Assembly: GCA_017409785.1 (NCBI GenBank)
Contig: JAFQSD010000004.1
Location: forward strand, 130,910 to 194,909
Length of the DNA stretch: 64,000 bases
Reading direction: 5' to 3'
Source of the DNA: Bacilli bacterium
Lineage (GTDB): Bacteria > Bacillota_I > Bacilli_A > RF39 > UBA660
Shown: piece by piece, positions 37,871 through 45,675 of the stretch
How the letters are laid out: every line of letters begins with the position of its first letter
Numbering within the stretch: position 1 is the first letter of the stretch
Made by a program: the position numbers and the translations under genes
The notes under the pieces: generated by a model
What the model saw: only the letters and a program-made list of their open reading frames with translations
Told to the model about the DNA's origin: nothing
Database searches by the model: none

Positions 37871-39088
37871 ATGTCAATGAATTTTAAAGTAGAAGGCGAA
37901 AAAGACAAAGAAAAAGTAGCCGATGAATTAGATGAAGTAGTAGATGAATACGAAGAATTTGAAGAAGTAGAAACAAGTTCATCATCAAGTAGTAAAAGCG
38001 ATGATAAAAAAGGTCTTGTTAAACTATTATCTATACTTCTAGGGGTTATAATAGTGTTTATTTTAGTAATGTTCCTATTAACTTCATGTACATCAGGTAC
38101 AAAAACATATGAAGAAATGGAAGCATTAATGGTAGAGGCAGCAGAGTCATATTTTGCTGATCATAACGAAAACTTACCTAAAAAAGATGGTGGAACACAA
38201 ACTATCGACGTATCAGTACTAGTTGCAGAAGGATATATGAAGGACTTATCTAAATATAATAGTGCAATATGTACAGGAACTGTAAAAGTTCAAAAATCTG
38301 GAAGCACATATGCTTATACACCAAACTTAAATTGTGGTGAATCATATGCTTCAGTAGAATTATCTGATAAAATTAAAGACGATAATAAAATAGTTAGTTC
38401 AGGATATGGATTATATAATAAGAATGGAAATTATGTATTCCGTGGTGAAACAGTAAATAACTATGTTCAATTAGATAATGCAGTATGGAGAGTTGTTAAA
38501 ATTACTTCTAGTGGTAATACAGTAATTATCTTAGATGAACCACTACCAATGACATCACCATATGATAATCGTTATAATGAAGTAGCAAACTACAAGTCAG
38601 GAATTAATAACTATTCTTCAAGTAGATTAAAAGAAAAATTATTAGAAGAATATAACAAAGAAGAATCATTCCTAAGTGATAACGATAAAGCAAAAACAGA
38701 TACATTTAATATTTGTTCTGGAGCACGTTCATTAACTGAAACAGGTGTAGAACAAGCAGTTGAATGTAAATTACAAGAACAAAATCAAAAAGTAGGATTA
38801 TTAACAGCAGCAGATTACATGAATGCAAGTGTTGATGCAGGATGTACAACAGTAGCAAGTAAGAACTGCCAAAACTATAACTACTTAAATGGTCCAAAAG
38901 CTGAGTGGTGGACATTAACTCCATCTAAAACTAATACATATTTAGCTTATATGGTTAGTATCAATAATGGAATTAAAGAAACAGAAACATATAACTATGC
39001 AGCATTAAGACCAGTTGTTTACTTAAACTCTAATGTATTATACAAGAGTGGTACAGGTACAGAAACTGATCCATATATAGTAAAATAA
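37871..39088 (+). CDS. Membrane-anchored surface protein: acidic cytoplasmic N-terminus, TM segment, and an extracellular domain sharing repeats with ORF 14138.
   Basis: First ATG at 37871 with an AAGGAG RBS (the ORF-track start at 37865 is TTG). Motifs NYVQLDNAVWRVVKITSSGNTVIIL and ALRPVVYLNSNVLYKSGTGTETDPYIV parallel the repeats in ORF 14138. Confidence 0.5.
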   Translation: MSMNFKVEGEKDKEKVADELDEVVDEYEEFEEVETSSSSSSKSDDKKGLVKLLSILLGVIIVFILVMFLLTSCTSGTKTYEEMEALMVEAAESYFADHNENLPKKDGGTQTIDVSVLVAEGYMKDLSKYNSAICTGTVKVQKSGSTYAYTPNLNCGESYASVELSDKIKDDNKIVSSGYGLYNKNGNYVFRGETVNNYVQLDNAVWRVVKITSSGNTVIILDEPLPMTSPYDNRYNEVANYKSGINNYSSSRLKEKLLEEYNKEESFLSDNDKAKTDTFNICSGARSLTETGVEQAVECKLQEQNQKVGLLTAADYMNASVDAGCTTVASKNCQNYNYLNGPKAEWWTLTPSKTNTYLAYMVSINNGIKETETYNYAALRPVVYLNSNVLYKSGTGTETDPYIVK

Positions 39089-39116
39089 GAATCTATTCAA
39101 TAGATTCTTTTTTTTT
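39089..39116 (+). terminator. Strong rho-independent terminator closing the accessory block.
   Basis: GAATCTAT-TCA-ATAGATTC (8-bp stem) followed by T9. Confidence 0.7.
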
Positions 39117-39142
39117 CATCTAATACTATAGAGGTGAATAAA

Positions 39143-39436
39143 ATGAATAGTATAGATATAGAAAAACTACTTGAACTTCTAAACAATAAATCAATAAATA
39201 TAATTGATATCAGAACAAAGTATGAGTATATGCTTAACCATATACCTACATCAAAAAATATTGATAAAATTCTTTTAAGAATAGCACCAGAAAAATATTT
39301 TAATTCTAAAGAAATATATTATATTTATTGTCAGTCAGGATATTCGAGTAAAGCCTTAGTTGAGTATTTAAACACACTAGGATATAATACTGTAAACATT
39401 AATGGTGGATATAATAATTACTTGTTAAGAAAATAG
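39143..39436 (+). CDS. Rhodanese-like domain protein.
   Basis: Active-site Cys in IYCQSGYSSKA. ATG at 39143 with a GAGGTGA RBS (the ORF-track start at 39134 is GTG). Confidence 0.6.
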   Translation: MNSIDIEKLLELLNNKSINIIDIRTKYEYMLNHIPTSKNIDKILLRIAPEKYFNSKEIYYIYCQSGYSSKALVEYLNTLGYNTVNINGGYNNYLLRK

Positions 39437-39470
39437 AATTATAATATAATAAAACAAGAAGGTGATAGTA

Positions 39471-40049
39471 GTGACAACACTTACTGAAATCATAGAAACC
39501 TGTACTGAATTAATCCAAAAAGGTGGTTTTTTAATGGGGTTCTTTCTAATTTTAATAGAAGCCTTTATCCCAATATTACCATTAGGAGCCTTTGTAACAT
39601 TAAACATTAATGCCTTTGGTACATTTCCAGGTTTACTTATCTCTTGGAGTGCTTCAGTAATTGGTAGTTACATTATGTATTTATTATGTTACTATGTATC
39701 AAATAAGATAATATATAAATTCATAAAAGAAAAAACAAAAGAAAAGATAATAGAAAAAACTACCCACTTTCAAAAAATTAAACTAACCTCATTAGTTTTG
39801 ATAATAACCTTACCATTTACACCTTCATGTTTTATTAATCTTCTTGCTGGTATATCAAACGTATCAAAAGAAAAATATATAATATCTCTCATAATAGGAA
39901 AAGTATTTAATATCATCTTTTGGGGATATATTGGTATGAGTTTAATTGAAAGTTTAACTAATATTAAAGCAATTATATTTATTATAATAATCTTATTAAT
40001 TGCTTATTTAATTTCAAAAATAATATCAAAAAAATTTAAAATTGACTAG
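39471..40049 (+). CDS. DedA/TVP38 family membrane protein.
   Basis: Multiple TM segments with a DedA-like GxxxM/GxxxG core (PILPLGAFVTLNINAFG). Start is ambiguous: GTG at 39462 or GTG at 39471 with an AAGGTGA RBS. Confidence 0.55.
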   Translation: MTTLTEIIETCTELIQKGGFLMGFFLILIEAFIPILPLGAFVTLNINAFGTFPGLLISWSASVIGSYIMYLLCYYVSNKIIYKFIKEKTKEKIIEKTTHFQKIKLTSLVLIITLPFTPSCFINLLAGISNVSKEKYIISLIIGKVFNIIFWGYIGMSLIESLTNIKAIIFIIIILLIAYLISKIISKKFKID

Positions 40050-40063
40050 AAAGGAAGAACTTT

Positions 40064-41146
40064 ATGGACTACATAATAATAATTTTATTAATAATAATTT
40101 TAATACTTGGAGTTATATCTCTATTTAAAAATATAAATGAAAGTAATATTACAGAACGTCTTGGTAAATTAGAACTAAGTATGATGAAAGAAATGGGAGA
40201 TTTCAAAACAGAGTTAAGTCGTAATATGAATAAAGACTTTACAGACCTAAATGAACAATTAGAACGAAGACTACTAGCAATTAATGAAAAAGTAAATACT
40301 CGTTTAGATGAAAACTTTGAAAAAACAAATAAAACATTTACAAATGTTATTGAGCGTTTATCAAAAATAGATGAAGCTCAAAAGAAAATAGAAACTTTAT
40401 CAACAGATATAGTAAGTCTACAAAGTATTTTAACTGATAAAAAAACTAGAGGTATCTTTGGAGAAGTAAATCTTAAACATATTCTTACAAGTGTTTTTGG
40501 TGAAAAAAATGATAATATATTCAGACTACAACATACCCTATCAACAGGAGTTATAGCTGACTCAGTTGTCTTTGCACCTGAACCTTTAGGAACAATTGCT
40601 ATTGATTCCAAATTCCCATTAGAGCACTATCAACTAATGGTTGATAAAAGCCTAACTCAAGATATGCGTGATAACTATGAAAAAATGTTTAAACAAGATA
40701 TGAAAAAACATATTGATGCTATCAGCAGCAAATATATAATACCTGGAGAAACAGCAGATCAAGCAATTTTATTCCTTCCAGCAGAAGCAATCTTTGCAGA
40801 AGTAAATGCATATCACCAAGATATAATAAATTATGCCTATAAAAAACGTGTATGGATAACATCACCAACTACCTTAATTTCAACACTTACTGTAGTAGAA
40901 ATGATTATTAAAAATATGGAACGAGATAAATATACATCTGTTATCCATGAAGAATTAAATAAATTAGGATTAGAATTTGCCAGATACAAAGAACGTTGGG
41001 ATAAACTATCTAAGAGTATCCAAACAGTAAATAAAGATGTAGAAAATGTTACAATAACTACTGATAAAATCTCTAAAAAATTCGAAGCAATTAATAAAGT
41101 TGAAGTAGAAGTAGTAAAACAATTAGAACTACATGAAGAAGAATAA
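40064..41146 (+). CDS. rmuC: DNA recombination protein RmuC.
   Basis: N-terminal TM segment, a coiled coil, and a C-terminal RmuC nuclease-like domain (RGIFGEVNLKHILTSVFGE...IDSKFPLEHY...TSPTTLISTL). Confidence 0.7.
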   Translation: MDYIIIILLIIILILGVISLFKNINESNITERLGKLELSMMKEMGDFKTELSRNMNKDFTDLNEQLERRLLAINEKVNTRLDENFEKTNKTFTNVIERLSKIDEAQKKIETLSTDIVSLQSILTDKKTRGIFGEVNLKHILTSVFGEKNDNIFRLQHTLSTGVIADSVVFAPEPLGTIAIDSKFPLEHYQLMVDKSLTQDMRDNYEKMFKQDMKKHIDAISSKYIIPGETADQAILFLPAEAIFAEVNAYHQDIINYAYKKRVWITSPTTLISTLTVVEMIIKNMERDKYTSVIHEELNKLGLEFARYKERWDKLSKSIQTVNKDVENVTITTDKISKKFEAINKVEVEVVKQLELHEEE

Positions 41147-41170
41147 GAAAGTTTTATACTTTCTTTTTTT
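41145..41170 (+). terminator. Rho-independent terminator after rmuC.
   Basis: AAGAAAGT-TTTAT-ACTTTCTT followed by a T-run. Confidence 0.6.
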
Positions 41171-41203
41171 GTATATAAAAAGATCTAGTGCATAAACTTT
41201 ATT

Positions 41204-41416
41204 ATGATATTAAAACTTATTTTAATAATGCTAGGATACATTTTAATGGTCTACGGAATATCATACATAATTATATACATAAATCTATTTTCATTTGGTT
41301 ATACTATAAAAGAATATTTTATGTTTTTATATACAACATTCGAGGGTTATTTACTTCCCTTAGGAATGATCATCGAAGTAATAGCATTAACTAAAAGAAA
41401 GGACAAAAGAAAATGA
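41204..41416 (+). CDS. Small 2-TM membrane protein (hypothetical).
   Basis: 70 aa and hydrophobic. Its stop overlaps the start of ORF 41413. No obvious RBS, so confidence is low. The alternative frame 41188-41394 was rejected. Confidence 0.3.
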   Translation: MILKLILIMLGYILMVYGISYIIIYINLFSFGYTIKEYFMFLYTTFEGYLLPLGMIIEVIALTKRKDKRK

Positions 41417-42057
41417 CATATATATACGATGTACTATTAAATTTTACTGAGCAAAACAATCCAATTGAGTTCTTCGAATGGAATAAAGATGACACTTTAG
41501 AACACATAAAAAGAATCCCACTAATTAAAGTGTCATCTAAAACATTAAATGACTTTACTAAATACAACATACAAGTAGATAAGTCCTTATTAGATAGAAT
41601 AAAAGAAATAACTATAATGTATCGAAAAACAAAAGATTTAGACTATGCACTTTTATTATCAGATACAAATAGAGTAGTAGCTTTTGAATTTAATAAAAAG
41701 GGAGAAATAATAAGTAGAAGTAGTCTATTACTTGATGAAGAAGAAGAAATAATAGAAGAGTCATATGATGAAAAAGAAGAACAATTACTATATAAGAAAA
41801 TAAATAAACTATCTCAAGAAAATTTTCTAACACGTACTGAAAAAAATCATCAAAACTACTTACTAAAAGAAATAGACTTTTTATATAAAGAAAAGTATAA
41901 AGAAAAACTTCAATATTTATATGAAGAAATATATTCAAAAGATAATCTTACCATAGAAGAAAAATATTTAAAATTAAAACAAGACCTTCTTCAAAAATAC
42001 ACAAATAAATTTGAACAATTATACAAAATAGTTCGCCTAACATACATAAAAAAATAG
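41413..42057 (+). CDS. Hypothetical protein.
   Basis: 214 aa, Lys/Glu-rich, with an ATG start. Confidence 0.4.
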   Translation: MTYIYDVLLNFTEQNNPIEFFEWNKDDTLEHIKRIPLIKVSSKTLNDFTKYNIQVDKSLLDRIKEITIMYRKTKDLDYALLLSDTNRVVAFEFNKKGEIISRSSLLLDEEEEIIEESYDEKEEQLLYKKINKLSQENFLTRTEKNHQNYLLKEIDFLYKEKYKEKLQYLYEEIYSKDNLTIEEKYLKLKQDLLQKYTNKFEQLYKIVRLTYIKK

Positions 42058-42064
42058 ACTACAA

Positions 42065-43069
42065 TTAGTAGTCTATTTTCATTGCTTTTTTTACTTCAGC
42101 CATCTTATTAACTGCTTTTTCTCTAGCAGCTTTTGTACCTTCTTCTAATATCTTCTTAACTTCTTCAGGATTCTCTTCATAATATTTTCTTCTTTCTTGA
42201 ATTGGACTTAAGAAGTTTTTCATAGCTTCAATTAATTCTTTCTTACATTGAACACATCCACGAGCACCTGCTTTACATTCATTACAAATAGTATTAATAT
42301 TTTCATCATTATTAACTAATTTATGATAGTAATAAACCATACATACATCTGGATTAGCAGGATCATCTTTTTTAATTTTATTTGGATCAGTAACAGCTCC
42401 CATTACTTTAGTTCTAATAGTATCTTCATCATCAACTAAGTAAATAGCATTTCCAAGACTTTTACCCATCTTTTCATTACCATCTAAACCTTTAACTCGA
42501 GTAGTTTTACTTAATACTTGTTGAGGCTCTTTTAATACTTCTCCATAAATAGAATTAAACTTACGTACTATTTCACGACATTGTTCAAGTAAAGGTAATT
42601 GATCATCTCCAACTGGAACAACCTCACCATCAAATGCAGTAATGTCAGCAGCTTGACTAACAGGATATCCTAAGAAACCATAAGTAATACTTTCACCGCT
42701 ATTTCCAAATAATTCTTTCTTTTGACTAATTTCAGTTTTTACAGTTGGGTTTCTTTGAAGTCTCGCAACAGTAACTAAGTTAGAATAATAAACTGTTAAC
42801 TCAGCAATTTCCGGTATTTGTGATTGAATAAAGAAATGAACTTTCTTAGGATCAAGCCCTATAGCAAGTAAATCCTTAGTAATCTCAAAAACATTCTTTC
42901 TAACTTTTTCAGGATTATCAAAATTATCAGTTAATGCTTGTACATCAGCAATCTCTAAATAAAAGTCATAATCATCTTGTAATCTAACATAATTTTGTCC
43001 AGCTCCAAAATAGTGACCTAAATGTAAATTACCAGTAGGTCTAAGCCCAGTTAATATTGTTTTTTTCAT
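42065..43069 (-). CDS. trpS: Tryptophan--tRNA ligase.
   Basis: HIGH motif PTGNLHLGHYFG and KMSKS motif KMGKSLGN. AGGAAGTGA RBS. Confidence 0.85.
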   Translation of the reverse strand: MKKTILTGLRPTGNLHLGHYFGAGQNYVRLQDDYDFYLEIADVQALTDNFDNPEKVRKNVFEITKDLLAIGLDPKKVHFFIQSQIPEIAELTVYYSNLVTVARLQRNPTVKTEISQKKELFGNSGESITYGFLGYPVSQAADITAFDGEVVPVGDDQLPLLEQCREIVRKFNSIYGEVLKEPQQVLSKTTRVKGLDGNEKMGKSLGNAIYLVDDEDTIRTKVMGAVTDPNKIKKDDPANPDVCMVYYYHKLVNNDENINTICNECKAGARGCVQCKKELIEAMKNFLSPIQERRKYYEENPEEVKKILEEGTKAAREKAVNKMAEVKKAMKIDY

Positions 43070-43180
43070 AATATCACTTCCTAGACATATTTTATCACAT
43101 AATCATAAAAATTGCCTTATATTTGCAAAAAAACACAAAATATGATATAATGTAGCAGTACTCGAAAGAGGGGGAAAAAC

Positions 43181-43576
43181 ATGGCATTATTCGGAAGATT
43201 ATCAAAATTTAATAAAACAGAATTAAAAACAATCAAAGAAGCTGTAATTGAAGCAACTACAAGAGATGAATTATTAACTACTATCGAAGAAATAATAGCG
43301 CAAAAGGAGAAATTAGAAACTGAAGGTCCAAATGCATGTATACCAGTAAGTTTCTTTAATATAGATCCTGATTATAGACAACTATTACACGATAATGGCA
43401 TAGAAAATCTTGCTCAATTAAGAAGCATAAAAGAAGAAGATTTATGGAGCCTAAAGGGAATGACTCATGGCGGATTTGAACAAATTTCATGGGCAAGAGA
43501 ATTCTTTAATATGGAACCATTAGTTCAAGATACAAAACCAAAAACAAATACTAAAGGAACTAAAAAAAATAAGTAA
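43181..43576 (+). CDS. Hypothetical protein with a helix-hairpin-helix-like segment.
   Basis: 131 aa. GAGGGGG RBS. Confidence 0.35.
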   Translation: MALFGRLSKFNKTELKTIKEAVIEATTRDELLTTIEEIIAQKEKLETEGPNACIPVSFFNIDPDYRQLLHDNGIENLAQLRSIKEEDLWSLKGMTHGGFEQISWAREFFNMEPLVQDTKPKTNTKGTKKNK

Positions 43577-43685
43577 AAGAGAATTAATTTCTCTTTTTTT
43601 GTTGACAAATAGTTTACACCTCAAGGTTGGCTCACTAAGTAAATTGTGTTATAATATAACAAATTTAAATTAGAGGAGGGAAATA

Positions 43686-44171
43686 ATGAACAAATATTAT
43701 AAAATACCAATGACAGAAAGAATAATAAAAGTAAATGATACTTCATTATTCGATATTTTACTGGAACATTATCCGGATTTATATAATAGGGAAAAGGGAC
43801 GTGTAGAACTACAGTATGGCATACCTGAACCCGGAATTATGACACCTCAGCTAGAAGAGGCTGTGAACGAATACAATCAAGAGACAAAAAGATTGTATAT
43901 GGAACAAGGCGTTCCAACCCATATAATTGCTATAGGCAATAATGAAGGAGTAACTGAATATTTTACTCACACTCCAATTCAAACATCTGGATATGATAGT
44001 TTCTTACAAGGAAGAGAAGTATCAAGACAAGAAGCATATGAATATTTAGACCAAACTCAAAATTACATTGAGCAAGTCTCAAAGATGTTTGCAAAAAAAG
44101 AATCTAAATCATTAAGAAAAGTACTTGTTCAAAAAGTAACAAGCATCCTAAAAAGTAAAACAGATAATTAA
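43686..44171 (+). CDS. Hypothetical protein.
   Basis: 161 aa. GAGGAGGG RBS. Confidence 0.35.
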   Translation: MNKYYKIPMTERIIKVNDTSLFDILLEHYPDLYNREKGRVELQYGIPEPGIMTPQLEEAVNEYNQETKRLYMEQGVPTHIIAIGNNEGVTEYFTHTPIQTSGYDSFLQGREVSRQEAYEYLDQTQNYIEQVSKMFAKKESKSLRKVLVQKVTSILKSKTDN

Positions 44172-44232
44172 GAAAAATTGTTGTTTTCAATAAAAATATA
44201 CTGTATAATATAAGACGTTGGAGGGAATACAA

Positions 44233-45528
44233 ATGGCAAAAGCAAAAGAAACAGTAGAAAAAAAAGAAGAAACAAAGAAAAATGTTCATGAAGTAGTAAT
44301 TAAAATTGAAGGTGAAGAATGGGAAAAAGCATTAGATCAAGCTTTCGCAAAAAGACAAAAAACTGCAAAAGTTGATGGATTCCGTGCTGGAAAAGTACCA
44401 AGAGATATTTTTGAAAAGAATTTTGGAAAAGAATCACTATACTTTGATGCAGCAGATGTGTTATTACAAGTTGCATATGTAAAAGCAGTAGAAGAATCTA
44501 AATTAATCCCAGCAGTACAACCAGGAGTTGATTTAAAAAGTATCAACGAAAGTGGTGTTGAATTTATTTTCACTATTATTACTAAACCTGAAGTTACTGT
44601 AAAGAAATATAAAGGATTAAATGTTAAACCTGAAACAGTTGAAGTAACTGATGAAGAAATTAATCACGAACTTGGACATTTATTAGAAAGATATACTGAA
44701 TTAACTACAAAAGATGAAGGAAACGTTGAAGAAGGAGACGTTGCAGTAATCGATTTCGAAGGATTCAAAGATGGAGAAGCATTCGAAGGTGGAAAAGGAG
44801 AAAACTATTCACTAGAAATCGGATCAAATACATTCATCCCTGGATTCGAAGAACAAGTTAAAGGAATGAAAGTTGGAGAAGAAAAAGACCTTAACTTAAC
44901 ATTCCCTGAAGATTACGGTGCTAAAGATTTAGCAGGAGCAGCAGTAGTATTCAAAGTAAAAGTAAATGAAATCAAACAAAAAGTTGCTAGAGAATTAGAT
45001 GAAGAATTCTTCGAAGATCTAGGAATGGAAGGTGTTGATTCAGAAGAATCATTAAAGAATGCAATTAAAGATTCAATTAAAGCTCAAAAAGAAATGGATG
45101 CTGAAAACGCATACGTTGATAGAATCTTAGAAGCAGTTGCTAAAAATGTAGAAGTAGACATTCCACAAGAAATGGTTGATGAAGAAGTTGAACGTTTAAT
45201 GGGAAGATTTGCTGAACAAATGAAGATGCAAGGAATCTCACTTGACTTATATTATCAATTTACTGGAAGTAGCGAAGCAGAGCTTAAATCACAAATGGAA
45301 AAAGAAGCTTACAACAATGTTCTATATCGTTTAATGTTAGAAGAAATTATGACAATTGAAAAGATTGAAGTAACAGAAGAAGAAGCTGATAAAGAAGCTA
45401 CTGCTTTAGCAGAAAAATATCAAATGGATAAGAAAGATTTCTTAGCTCAATTTGGTGGAATCGATATGATTCAATATGATTTAGAAATCCGTAAAGTTAT
45501 GGAATTACTAAAAGAATTAAATAAATAA
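44233..45528 (+). CDS. tig: Trigger factor.
   Basis: MAKAKETVEKK...ALDQAFAKRQKTAKVDGFRAGKVPRDIFEKNFG. ATG at 44233 after a GGAGGG RBS (the ORF-track start at 44218 is TTG). Confidence 0.85.
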   Translation: MAKAKETVEKKEETKKNVHEVVIKIEGEEWEKALDQAFAKRQKTAKVDGFRAGKVPRDIFEKNFGKESLYFDAADVLLQVAYVKAVEESKLIPAVQPGVDLKSINESGVEFIFTIITKPEVTVKKYKGLNVKPETVEVTDEEINHELGHLLERYTELTTKDEGNVEEGDVAVIDFEGFKDGEAFEGGKGENYSLEIGSNTFIPGFEEQVKGMKVGEEKDLNLTFPEDYGAKDLAGAAVVFKVKVNEIKQKVARELDEEFFEDLGMEGVDSEESLKNAIKDSIKAQKEMDAENAYVDRILEAVAKNVEVDIPQEMVDEEVERLMGRFAEQMKMQGISLDLYYQFTGSSEAELKSQMEKEAYNNVLYRLMLEEIMTIEKIEVTEEEADKEATALAEKYQMDKKDFLAQFGGIDMIQYDLEIRKVMELLKELNK

Positions 45529-45536
45529 TAATAAAA

Positions 45537-45569
45537 GGAACACTAAAATAATAAGTGTTCTTTTTTTTT
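45537..45569 (+). terminator. Rho-independent terminator after tig.
   Basis: GAACACT...AGTGTTC followed by T9. Confidence 0.6.
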
Positions 45570-45675
45570 ATATTTTTATTGGAAAAAATTATGAAAAATG
45601 GCCGATTTCCTTGAAAAAAATTTTTTTTATTATATAATAGTAAGCAGTATTTAAAAATTGGAGGTGGATAAGCCC

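Noticed and set aside
12575-39116. Interpretation of the block as an integrative conjugative element or prophage.
   Set aside because: No tyrosine or serine recombinase, relaxase, replication initiator, capsid or terminase genes, and no flanking direct repeats or tRNA target were found in the window. This keeps it as an unclassified system rather than a called mobile element.
41188-41394. 68-aa alternative-frame ORF.
   Set aside because: It overlaps the 41204-41416 frame, which encodes a coherent 2-TM peptide and is translationally coupled to the next gene.
43070-43180. Possible T-box leader upstream of trpS.
   Set aside because: Only about 110 nt are available between the trpS start and the divergent gene, too short for a T-box (about 250 nt). 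No specifier or antiterminator box was recognised.
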